Shown here piece after piece: positions 54,614-64,000 of a DNA stretch of 64,000 nt. The translations under genes and the position numbers were made by a program. Source of the DNA: an uncultured cyanobacterium. Lineage in GTDB: Bacteria; Cyanobacteriota; Cyanobacteriia; Cyanobacteriales; Cyanobacteriaceae. Below the pieces are notes generated by a model, which searched no databases, was not told where the DNA came from, and was given only the letters and a program-made list of their open reading frames with translations. The stretch is taken from contig CAVVOP010000021.1 of the NCBI GenBank assembly GCA_963749915.1, forward strand, positions 160,001-224,000, written 5' to 3'. The first letter of the stretch is position 1. Every line of letters starts with the position of its first letter.

Positions 54614-55860
54614 ATGCAGTTATCCGAGCGTTTAGAGCAAATTGTTACTGAGTTGCGTCCCATGTTTAGTCGCGAGGCAACATTCCAATGGTTTGTGCTC
54701 CTGTTGTGGGGACTGTTATTAAGCAGGCAAGCTCCAGCAATCACCAGTTATCTCAACGCTTTGGGAATGGGACAAGAGTACTATGGTCAAGCACTGCATT
54801 GGTTCCATTCGAGTGCATTCACTATAGACGACCTTTGCAAGGGTTGGGGCAATTGGCTCAAGAGCCATCGGAATGTACGACAATTGAAGGGACAACGGGT
54901 ATATGTCGGCGACGGTATCAAAGTGAGTAAAGAAGGGCGAAAGATGCCAGGAGTCAAACGACTCCATCAAGAGTCTGAAGATGTCAGTAAACCAGAATGG
55001 ATACGAGGACACTACTTTAGTGCATTAGGTTTGTTGTAGGGTCTCTATCTGATTACTCGAGTTAAAATTTCCACGGTTGCCCATGCTGCATTTAGTCGTC
55101 GGCCTGGCAAACATGGACCCGGACGCCACAGAAAATGGGGGAGTGAGATCAAATTACGAGAGCTGTTTGCCCCTTTTGAGCAATGTGAGCAGGCATCCGT
55201 CAGACTCTACGGACTAACCGTGAAAGTGTACTTTCAATGCTTCAACTTTTATTGGGATAGCCCTGATGAGCAAGTCCTGTTTGTCCTAACTCAGTTGCCC
55301 TCAGGCAAGCAGATTATTTTACTCTCGAGCGACCTTGAGTTAAAGGGAGAACAAGTGATAGAGGCTTATAGCTGGCGATTTAAAATTGAGGTCTGCTTCC
55401 GGACTCTGATTCAGCTACTTGGCGGCTTTTGCTATCGCTTCTGGCTAAAATCAATGCCAACGGCTCCCAAATGGCCTCAAAACTTGTCATTGACAAACTC
55501 GGAGAAAGATTTTCCCCATCAAGTGAGCCGTAAGGTTGAAGCCTTTGAACGCTTTGTTAATCTTAATGCCATTGCCTTAAGTTTACTACAAGTGCTCGCC
55601 CTAGAAATGCCCCAGCAAGTTTGGGCAGTCTTTCCACTCTGGTTTCGCACCTTGCCCAAACATGGGTTTCCCAGTGAACAAATTGTGCGCCTTTCCCTCC
55701 AACATCAACTACATCTCAATTTATCCAGAAGTATACCACGCCTACTTCTGGATAAATTACTCACCACTAAAATGGGAGCAACTGCACACTCTGATGTACC
55801 TACTTTGGCAGCCTGACTCAGAGGCTCAGATATCAACACAAACTTTTTACTGTCCAGTTA
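54614..55860 (+). mobile_element. IS701/IS4-like DDE transposase remnant
   Basis: YVGDGIKVSKEGRKMPGVKRLHQESE, YSWRFKIEVCFR; internal deletion and stop. Confidence 0.75.
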
Positions 55861-56024
55861 ATTTACAATCTCAAGTATTTCTCATTAAATATAGTAATGG
55901 AGAAGGAACGACAAATCAGTATTTAAACTATCAGGAAAATATTGATAGACTTGATTTTGATTTACTTCAAGCTACTAATGATTATCGGCAAAATTTATCT
56001 AAATTACTGCTATTGGTTGAGTAG

Positions 56025-56076
56025 GCGATCGCGCAGCTCCGTTTCACGATCACGAAGTGGCGCTTTCAGCGATCGC
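56025..56076. repeat. tandem SDR5-like repeats between HIP1 sites
   Basis: GCGATC-GCGCAGCTCCGTTTCAC-GATC-ACGAAGTGGCGCTTTCAGC-GATCGC. Confidence 0.55.
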
Positions 56077-56208
56077 ATAATTCTTGAACATTCATTGTGT
56101 TGTCCCTACTATACACCTATCTCAATAACGTTTCTGATCATTCTCAATCTAATTTCTCTAAAAACACTATAATTACTTAATAAATTTTAACAATTTCTGT
56201 GTGAGGAA

Positions 56209-56430
56209 ATGTCAAACTTAATATTCATCAAAGCTCGTGGTGGGTTAACTACGGGCGAAACTCTGTTACAGGTAATTAATCAATATCCTGATGGTTGTAC
56301 TATAAAACATCTCAGTAATAGTATTAATCGCCCTGTTAGCATGATTAACTTATCTCTGAAAGCATTGATTAGTAACAAACAGGTTAAGGTGAAGCTGACG
56401 GGAATGCAGAGGTTAGTTTATCCTCAATAG
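56209..56430 (+). CDS. small winged-HTH protein
   Basis: GCTIKHLSNSINRPVSMINLSLKAL followed by a beta-hairpin-like segment; GAGG RBS. Confidence 0.6.
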   Translation: MSNLIFIKARGGLTTGETLLQVINQYPDGCTIKHLSNSINRPVSMINLSLKALISNKQVKVKLTGMQRLVYPQ

Positions 56431-56551
56431 CTTCTCCTATACCATTACAAAATACACAGGTTTCTTCCCTCTGGATTTCTCCTGTGCAATCCCTGATTTC
56501 TACATATCCTTTACCGTCACAGTGTTTACACTTTTCTTTATGGTTACTCAT
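56384..56551 (-). CDS. 55-aa DnaJ-type zinc-finger miniprotein (not in ORF track)
   Basis: MSNHKEKCKHCDGKGYVEIRDCTGEIQREETCVFCNGIG: two CxxCxGxG motifs; GAGG RBS. Confidence 0.7.
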   Translation of the reverse strand: MSNHKEKCKHCDGKGYVEIRDCTGEIQREETCVFCNGIGEAIEDKLTSAFPSASP

Positions 56552-56600
56552 TTTTTCCCTCAATTATCTTAATTTCCTCTAATAGCAGTTGCTTTTTTAA

Positions 56601-58135
56601 CCCACATTCCGCACGTCACTTTGTAAGATGATAAAAGTATTAAAACCAAGCAACTTATTTTGGACAAAATATAAGTAATAATACTCAATATCTTCTTTAT
56701 TCGCGTTTTGTGCTCGCGAACTTTGCTCAAATTAAAATCTCATTGTCAATAACTTCACCTTTAATGAGAATAAATAAACAGAGCAAATCTATCAGTTTTC
56801 TATTCTTTATTTATGATATTATAATTGAGAATGTTTAGACTCTTAAATCCCATAAGTTATCCAGATAAAATATAATAATTATGACAAGAAATCGGGAAAA
56901 AACTTAAAATTAGTTTTCGTTCATTTGTTAGATTTACTATCTGTTTTATTCCTTGATTTATTACTAAATGAATCCCCTGAAAACATTGAAATATCCATCT
57001 TAACGTTGGACGTTCCGTTAGTTTTCCCAGCTGATTTTTTATCCCCGTTTTTCTCTCCTTTAATAAGCGACGCACTTCTCTTTGCCCCAAAGAATAGACT
57101 AACAGACATAACCCCAAAAACACATTGCCATTGTTTCGATTCTTTTTGGGGTTTTTAAAAACACACTATCGGCAAAAAATAATGGCTCTTTCAAAAAACT
57201 AAAACCTCTTTCTGCGGCTTGTTGCTCTTTATACTCTCTTTATACTTAATTAAAATTTCATCAGAATTAAATTTACTTTTATCCAATCTATTTGTCGCTA
57301 ACACAAATCTTCCTGCTCTTTTTTTTGATTCGTTTATTTTCGTTAAATCTGATTTCAAAATAGCCGTAACTTGATAAGTTTTTCCCGATTTTTCTTCTTT
57401 AATAAATTGTTTTAAATCTGGTCTATGGTCACGGGAATAACCTTTAATTATCTTAATTGGAATTTGATTAATTAACTCTAATTCTGCATTTTCTTTCACC
57501 AAGTTTTTGGTGATTTTTTCTTGATTATATTTCCCCTCTACTGCAAAAGAAGTTGAATCTAAATGGGAAAAATCTATATTGATATTATATTTTTTTACTG
57601 TGGCTAAAGCAATAATTAAAAATAATGAAGATAATCCTTTTTCATAAAGTTTATCCATTATTCTTCTAATTCTATCATCGTTCAAATGCTCAGGTAGTAT
57701 TCCTTTTCCGATTAAATGTTCTGTGGCTTTGTCTTTAAAAAACTGTGGAAATAGATAAAGAGGTCGAGAAATAAATCCTAATCCGTTCAGAATAATTGCT
57801 TTGACTATTTGACCTGCTGTCACGATTTCCCTCTCGTCAATACCGAGGGCATCATTAATAATTTCTTCAATGCCAATTTCATCTATAACTCCAGCAATTA
57901 ATCCTAAATGATTAATGGTTTGAACTTGTATATCTTCTGAAAACATCATTTCCAAAATTAAATTAAAAACTGAATTTAATTATCCCTTAAACGTTGCTCA
58001 TTTTTCTACTAATTTATCTGAGTTCTCTTTATAAGCTAGAGAACTAATCACCGAGTATTTCTTGTCGTAGTCAATCACTGTTCAACTTCTAACCTCGTAA
58101 TCTGAATTTATACAGTTTGACGTGCGGAATGTGGG
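56601..58135 (-). mobile_element. IS1634-family element, second copy with internal deletion
   Basis: Near-identical to 18724-20823; junction PDLKQFI|KEEKSGK; same terminal IRs. Confidence 0.92.
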
Positions 58136-58345
58136 TTAGATTGGTAAAGTGGTCAATCAGAGTGATTTTCGGTCTTAATTTCATTCTAATTTATCTAAAG
58201 CTACTCAAACTCAGTCTTTTATACTCTTAAGCCAACTTTTTCAGCTTACCATTTCTTTTCTTCCCAAAATAAATAAAATTTAGATGCGTTTGCCCTGTTG
58301 GGTATCGTCAATTTCTTTCTCTGTTTCCTGAATTGTGCCAGAATT

Positions 58346-60109
58346 CTAATTCTTTTCTCGTATCCAAGCGGTTATACCTTCAGCAAGAGTTACCGCTAGT
58401 TTTTGTTGTGCTTGAGGGTTAGTAATCCATTCAAATTCATCGGGATTAATCATAAAACCTAACTCTAACAATACACTAGGGGTGCTATGAGGGCGAGTGA
58501 GGGCAAGATTATTCCAAAATATACCATAGGAGGGTCGATTTAACTTTTCGACCAAATAATTGTGCATAAATACAGCTAAATCATGGGCTTGAGGATGATA
58601 CCAAAAGGCACTAACTCCTTGAGTCTTTTCTGCGTTACCACCATCGGGTAAAGCGTTATAGTGAATGGAAAAAGCCAGAGTCGGTTTTAGTTTGTCAATG
58701 ATCTTTTGACGATCGCCTAGTGAAACAAAGGTATCATCTTCCCGTGTAAGATAAACCTCTGCACCACGATTTCTCAAATTTTGAGCTAATAATTGGGATA
58801 CCACTAAATTAACATCTTTTTCGGGATAACCAGTTGAGCCTAATGAGCCTAATTCATCACCACCATGACCAGGATCTAGTAGAATAGTAACACCCTCAAG
58901 GTTATGAGAATTACTCAAAGAAGGGGGATGATTGAAAGTCAGAATTAAATTACTACCCTCGTAACGAACATCATAACCCCATTGTTGAGGCGATTTGAAG
59001 TTAAAAATATAGTCAACCTGTGTCGGCTGAGTTTGATACCAGTCTAAACGTTTAATCCACGGGTTATCATCAAAGCGAATGGTGTCCGTTTGGGCGATCG
59101 TATTATATAAAGATAAAGTGAAAGTTTGATCACTTTGTTTAATAGCAATGGGTACTGGATTTTCTAACGGGAAAATAACTTCTGTACGATTGCCTAGCTG
59201 ACGAGAAGTAACACTGCGAATAATCGTGGTAGGAGGTAGATTTGTCGGTAAAATTTGGGTTTCTTCCGCTTTTATCCAACCGCCATAATCCAACCGTAAC
59301 CAATCTCCTTCTTTTGCTGTAACTGTTGCCCTTGTGCCTTTTGGTAACGGGGTTAATCTTGAATAGTCCGTACTTGCCCCAGTTCGTGCTACACCCTGTT
59401 CTGCTGTTACTTCAATAACCGTTAACTGTTGAGGATCTAAAATGGTAATATTACCTTGACTTTCTTGTTTCAGGGTTTTTCCTTCATGATTCATCACAAA
59501 AACTGGTTGAATTTTATTGCCTATTTCCCCAAAATTGGTACATCCTTTTACCTTTTCCCATGATTTTTGTGTAATCTTTTTACCTTGATTTTGACCGATT
59601 AAAATAGCAGAATTGGATGGTAAGCCGGCGATTGTTAGTTCAGGGGTAAGGCTTAAGGTTTTTGTGGCTAAATTAACCATAATTTGACTATTTAAAGGGG
59701 CTATTGCCTCAAAACAAACTAATTCATTAGGTAATTTGCTTATATTAACTTGAGGAGATAACAAACGGGGAGATAAACTTAAAATATCCTGAATATTCGG
59801 TTGAGTGCTGACTTTTGTGACAATTTTTCTTATTTCTTCTTTCCCATAACGGATTACTAACTCATTCTTCCCTATTTGTAAAGGAAAACTGGGGGCAAAA
59901 TTACCTTGTGACGATCGCCGAATTTGTTGATTATTAATTACAACGGAAACACTCGGATCAGCAGAACCAATGATAAAGATCGAGTCGGCAGTGGTTTCAT
60001 GGTTAGCAGGAGGATAAACCACTTTTAAACCCTCGGCATAAACGGGTTGTGTCATCAAAGTTAATGAAACAGTAAAAATGACCTCTCGCCAAATTTTTTT
60101 TTGCTCCAT
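58346..60109 (-). CDS. N-acetylmuramoyl-L-alanine amidase (SH3-like plus Amidase_3)
   Basis: ILLDPGHGG, PEKDVNL, SIHYNA, VLLELGFMINP; signal peptide. Confidence 0.92.
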   Translation of the reverse strand: MEQKKIWREVIFTVSLTLMTQPVYAEGLKVVYPPANHETTADSIFIIGSADPSVSVVINNQQIRRSSQGNFAPSFPLQIGKNELVIRYGKEEIRKIVTKVSTQPNIQDILSLSPRLLSPQVNISKLPNELVCFEAIAPLNSQIMVNLATKTLSLTPELTIAGLPSNSAILIGQNQGKKITQKSWEKVKGCTNFGEIGNKIQPVFVMNHEGKTLKQESQGNITILDPQQLTVIEVTAEQGVARTGASTDYSRLTPLPKGTRATVTAKEGDWLRLDYGGWIKAEETQILPTNLPPTTIIRSVTSRQLGNRTEVIFPLENPVPIAIKQSDQTFTLSLYNTIAQTDTIRFDDNPWIKRLDWYQTQPTQVDYIFNFKSPQQWGYDVRYEGSNLILTFNHPPSLSNSHNLEGVTILLDPGHGGDELGSLGSTGYPEKDVNLVVSQLLAQNLRNRGAEVYLTREDDTFVSLGDRQKIIDKLKPTLAFSIHYNALPDGGNAEKTQGVSAFWYHPQAHDLAVFMHNYLVEKLNRPSYGIFWNNLALTRPHSTPSVLLELGFMINPDEFEWITNPQAQQKLAVTLAEGITAWIREKN

Positions 60110-60631
60110 GAGTTTTTTGTTACAAAATTTTACAATGCTTACCTATAATTAACCCCCCCCTGATTATAACTCAAAACATAAATTTCCTATTTTATTGTCA
60201 CTATTTCCTATTTCCTTTTTTTTAAGTATTCTTATACTATGTTCTCCACAAGTATGATTAAGTTTTTTTTCTTTTTAACGGTTATTAATTTACGAAAGTT
60301 TATAAAAATAAAGAAAAGATGAAAATAAATTAAAATAACTGTTTTTTAGATCACAAAAGTGCTAATCTATAAAGTATAGGGAAAGTTTTTAGGAGGAAGG
60401 AGTAACTAAATAACATAAAACTACACTTAAAATACTATGTTATTTAGAGGGTGAATAAACCTTTTTGGTCAACGAGATTCTCAAATGTATTTGCTCAATC
60501 TATTTCAAGACGGGGTATTGGTTTATAGTTAAAAAGACTATAAACTAGTCAATTCTGAGGATTAACACTAAAACTTTGGTTAATTTAAAATAAAAAAGGT
60601 TACTAATTACCTAAAAAATGGAGTATTAATT

Positions 60632-61219
60632 ATGAAATTTTTAATTCAAGGAAACAATATTGAAGTCACTGAATCCATCCATGATTATGTAGAGGAAAAA
60701 CTAGAAAAAGCTGTTAAACATTTCCAAAATTTAGCCACAAAAGTTGATGTTCATTTATCTGTTGCACGTAACGCTCGTATCAGCAACAAACATAAAGCAG
60801 AAGTTACCGTTTATGCTAACGGTACCATAATTCGGGCTCAAGAACATAGCGAAAATTTATACGCCAGTATTGACCTTGTCTCTGATAAAATTGCTCGTCA
60901 ATTACGCAAATACAAAGAAAGACAATTAGCCAAAAAAACCCATTCTCAAATTAAAACCACTGACTCTATCGAAGAAAAACCCGTTGAAGGAAGTCTCATC
61001 GGCAATCGCCAACCAGAATTACCGACGGAAGTCGTCAGGATGAAATATTTTGCCATGAATCCTATGACCATTGATGAAGCATGGGAACAGCTACAACTTG
61101 TAGATCATGACTTTTATATGTTTAATAACAAAGAAACAGGGGATATAAATGTCATCTATCAAAGAAACCATGGCGGTTTTGGAGTTATTCAACCTCGTCA
61201 AACCAATCACGAAGAATAA
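60632..61219 (+). CDS. hpf: ribosome hibernation promoting factor (LrtA, long HPF)
   Basis: [60 protein letters not shown]. Confidence 0.95.
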   Translation: MKFLIQGNNIEVTESIHDYVEEKLEKAVKHFQNLATKVDVHLSVARNARISNKHKAEVTVYANGTIIRAQEHSENLYASIDLVSDKIARQLRKYKERQLAKKTHSQIKTTDSIEEKPVEGSLIGNRQPELPTEVVRMKYFAMNPMTIDEAWEQLQLVDHDFYMFNNKETGDINVIYQRNHGGFGVIQPRQTNHEE

Positions 61220-61273
61220 TTTATCTCATTATATAGACAATCGGTAATCATAGAAGAATTTACTCTTAGTAAT

Positions 61274-61534
61274 TTAGCCTCCACTAACAGGAGGAATTAA
61301 GGCAATTTCATCACCATCTTTAACTTGAAAGTCAGGGGGAACAAATTCTAAATTTACTGCTAGTTTAGTTATGTTTTCCCATTTTGCTAGTGGTGGTTTT
61401 TGTCCGATGATAATATTTAAAATATCTTTTACTTGACTTTTTTCAGGTATACTTAGGGTTATTTCTTTTTGTTTATATATTTCTTGATATATGGCAAATA
61501 GTTTAATTTTTACTGTTATTAAATCTCTACTCAT
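61274..61534 (-). CDS. moaD: MoaD/ThiS-family sulfur carrier
   Basis: VKIKLFA ... GDEIALIPPVSGG C-terminus. Confidence 0.88.
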   Translation of the reverse strand: MSRDLITVKIKLFAIYQEIYKQKEITLSIPEKSQVKDILNIIIGQKPPLAKWENITKLAVNLEFVPPDFQVKDGDEIALIPPVSGG

Positions 61535-62722
61535 TTATTGACTTACATCAGTGAATTTGATTTTTAAGTAATCTTCTTCCATTTTTGCACCAGAAGGAGT
61601 TAAAGCGGCTAAGGCTTGAGGTAAAACCAAATTACGGCGGTGGTTACCAATTCTTACGTTCAATTCATCCCCGGTTTTATTTAATTTTATCTGTTGCTTA
61701 GGAATGCCCGGAAGATAAAGTTCTAGACTGTAGCTATTATCTACTTGAACCACTCTAATAGTATTTTCTGCATAATAAACCTTACTAGGATCTTCGTCGT
61801 TTTCATAAAGTATATCTTTTAATCTTTCTAGGGCTTTTAATCCACACATTTCCTCAGAAAATAAAGGAGCTTCTTTGATAGGTAATGGGTGAAAATTGTC
61901 ATAAATTTCTCGTTTATAAATAGCTTGATTTTCTTTCCATTTTTTGAAAAAGGGATCTTCTACTTCATCAGGGATAATGCGGTTGGCGATGATTAAATCC
62001 GTAGAAACATTATATAGACTTAGATAAGCGTGTGCTCTTAATGATTCTTTGATTACCATTCTTTCGGGATTTGTTACTAATCTGACAGACGTTTGCGCGT
62101 TATCTGTTAAAACCTTTTCCAGGGCTTCTATCTGTTGGTAAAATTCATAGGGTGCGTCCATAACTTCATTACTAGGCAAAGAAAATCCGGCGATGGGCTT
62201 AAAAATCGGTTCAAATAAAGGACGTAAGGCTGCTGACATACTTTGAAAGGGTTTGTAAAATCTTCTCATGTACCAACCACTAACTTCCGGAAGGCTTAAT
62301 AATCTTAAGGCTGTACCCGTAGGTGCGGAGTCAATAATTAAAACATCGAAATCTCCCTCGTCATAGTGTCTTTTCATCCGTACTAAGCCGAAAATCTCAT
62401 CCATGCCAGGTAATATGGCTAATTCTTGTGCTTGTACTCCGTCTAATCCCCTAGCCTGTAATACTTCGGTTATGTAACGTTTCACCGCACCCCAATTACC
62501 TTCTAATTCCATCAGTGCATCTAATTCCGCCCCCCAAAGGTTATTGACAACGGGTTGAGGATCATGACCTAATTCTAGGTCAAAACTATCCGCAAGGGAA
62601 TGGGCAGGATCTGTACTTAATACTAAAGTTTTATAACCTAATTCAGCACACTTAAGCCCCGTAGCTGCCGCAACGGAAGTTTTTCCTACTCCGCCTTTTC
62701 CTGTCATTAAAATTACGCGCAT
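61535..62722 (-). CDS. ArsA/GET3/TRC40-family ATPase with C-terminal HSP20-like domain
   Basis: [28 protein letters not shown]-terminal alpha-crystallin-like region. Confidence 0.93.
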   Translation of the reverse strand: MRVILMTGKGGVGKTSVAAATGLKCAELGYKTLVLSTDPAHSLADSFDLELGHDPQPVVNNLWGAELDALMELEGNWGAVKRYITEVLQARGLDGVQAQELAILPGMDEIFGLVRMKRHYDEGDFDVLIIDSAPTGTALRLLSLPEVSGWYMRRFYKPFQSMSAALRPLFEPIFKPIAGFSLPSNEVMDAPYEFYQQIEALEKVLTDNAQTSVRLVTNPERMVIKESLRAHAYLSLYNVSTDLIIANRIIPDEVEDPFFKKWKENQAIYKREIYDNFHPLPIKEAPLFSEEMCGLKALERLKDILYENDEDPSKVYYAENTIRVVQVDNSYSLELYLPGIPKQQIKLNKTGDELNVRIGNHRRNLVLPQALAALTPSGAKMEEDYLKIKFTDVSQ

Positions 62723-62937
62723 CTTTTTGTCTAATTTAAGTAATTTAAGTAATTTAAGTGCTAGATTCTTTTGTTAAAAACTTATTCAATCTTAACCAAT
62801 ATTATCCATGTTTACTGATTTGAATTCTCCAAGATTCTTTAAAAGTGTAAAATTCCGTAAAAATACGAGGGCTTAACCATGAAGATAAAGTTACCATGGA
62901 AATATAAAAGACCTTTCGCATTTGCAAAAGTTAAAAA

Positions 62938-63083
62938 ATCAGGCCGTCAGAGGAGTCAGAAAGGCTTGGATAATCCAAAATCCAAAAGCGGTCGGACCCC
63001 GCGCCGCCGAAAGGCGCAAGCGGTGGAAGCCCGCGACGACGGAAGTCGCAAGGGAACGTCCACCAAGAGAGGGAATCCTGACC
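62938..63083 (+). ncRNA. candidate structured RNA of unknown class
   Basis: GC-rich island in an AT-rich intergenic region; closing stem TCAGG/CCTGA, stems GGTGGA/TCCACC and TTGGA/TCCAA, GNRA-capped hairpins gccGAAAggc, gcGCAAgc, gacGGAAgtc. Confidence 0.5.
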
Positions 63084-63212
63084 AAGAGATCCAAAATTAC
63101 CTAACCGAGAAATCTATTTTTGCAAGAGGTCTAAAGATATAAACGCATATTTATCAAACTATATTTGAAAGAAAACCAGTAAATTAACTATTAAGTGCTA
63201 TAAAAAAATATA

Positions 63213-63950
63213 ATGTTCAATCAAATCTTATTCAAATCGATGATCTGGGATCACCTTCGGGGGTGTAGCGATCGCAAGGTTGCACCGCTGTGCCATCAGA
63301 CAAAGTCTAACACCTTCAGCGATCGCCCTTTTTCCAATTCAAAAAACCTTTCCCTATCTTTCATTGTGAGAAATCGCCCTGTGTCCCTCCCTCAGGGGAA
63401 ATACCCTTTTAGGGGAGAAAAACAATTAGAGTCGGGGTTTTCTATTCTTGAAGTATTAGTAACGATTTTAGTGGTTAGTGGTTTTTTACTGGGATCTTTA
63501 CAAGCAACTGTTTTAGCGACATTATTAAGGGTACAAGCTCAAGATAAACAACAGGCGGCTAACTGGGTACAACAGGATTTAGAGTTAATCAGGTATGAGG
63601 CTTTTGTCTTAGATTCAGGTGCCCCAGATCCCACCACTTGTACCGCATCAACTTATGGAACTCGTTTACGAGATACCATTAACACTTCATATTCAACCGA
63701 TGGAGGAGTGCAGATAAACAATAAATGGTACCGAGTCTTTCGTCAATATATTCCATCAGAAAATATTTTGCAAGTTAACTATACACTGGCTTATTCTCCA
63801 GCCACAACTTCTATCCCAAATCCTGCTCATCCTCGCTATAATTCTAGTGCTTCTTATACTGTAACAGGAGCAGCACCCACAGGAAATGCTAATGTTGTAG
63901 CAACTTTATCAGGGGAGGTGATACCCAATGCGGCACTTAGTTGTCCTTAA
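63213..63950 (+). CDS. type IV prepilin-like (minor pilin/PilV-like) protein
   Basis: Class III signal ESG|FSILEVLVTILVV with E at +5; C-terminal Cys. Confidence 0.85.
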   Translation: MFNQILFKSMIWDHLRGCSDRKVAPLCHQTKSNTFSDRPFSNSKNLSLSFIVRNRPVSLPQGKYPFRGEKQLESGFSILEVLVTILVVSGFLLGSLQATVLATLLRVQAQDKQQAANWVQQDLELIRYEAFVLDSGAPDPTTCTASTYGTRLRDTINTSYSTDGGVQINNKWYRVFRQYIPSENILQVNYTLAYSPATTSIPNPAHPRYNSSASYTVTGAAPTGNANVVATLSGEVIPNAALSCP

Positions 63951-64000
63951 TTTACTCAATAAGGACGGTGGTTTTAGTTTATTCGAGTTAATAGTAGTAT

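Noticed and set aside
62879..63142. 87-aa and 60-aa basic ORFs
   Set aside because: Arg/Lys/Gly-rich translation is best explained as a by-product of the GC-rich structured sequence

Overview
AT-rich cyanobacterial DNA with abundant HIP1 GCGATCGC octamers. Assignment to a unicellular Geminocystis/Cyanobacterium-like genome is inference. About 1-58 kb is a mosaic accessory region, and core-type genes resume at about 58.3 kb (amidase, hpf/lrtA, moaD-like, ArsA/GET3, prepilin). The most interesting block is 2.9-18.7 kb. It holds an apparently undescribed RiPP-like operon: a fused cyclodehydratase/YcaO, an amidohydrolase, an animal-type heme peroxidase, and a 231-aa nitrile-hydratase-leader-like protein ending PPSAYIPWSAS. 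This operon sits between two AAA_35 ATPase proteins (an HTH-AAA_35 and a Ser/Thr kinase-AAA-GAF-AAA_35). The whole unit is bracketed by an inverted 99-bp non-coding element (91/99 identical), with a third partial copy; each copy lies directly upstream of a small ORF. YcaO and the peroxidase carry frameshifts or stops here, so this copy may be decaying. The rest of the window contains plasmid-gene relics, three TA pairs, many IS remnants (IS1634 x2 plus a MITE, IS630, IS982, IS4, IS701/IS4-like, IS1-like) and 25-bp HIP1-targeted micro-insertions that frameshift genes. It also has a taxis operon whose MCP carries a PhnD-like sensor domain, two giant secreted multi-phosphatase proteins with Pho-box-like promoters, two solitary integron attC cassettes, and a GC-rich GNRA-tetraloop structured RNA candidate upstream of a pilin. 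All family calls come from motif recognition by eye; no database searches were run.
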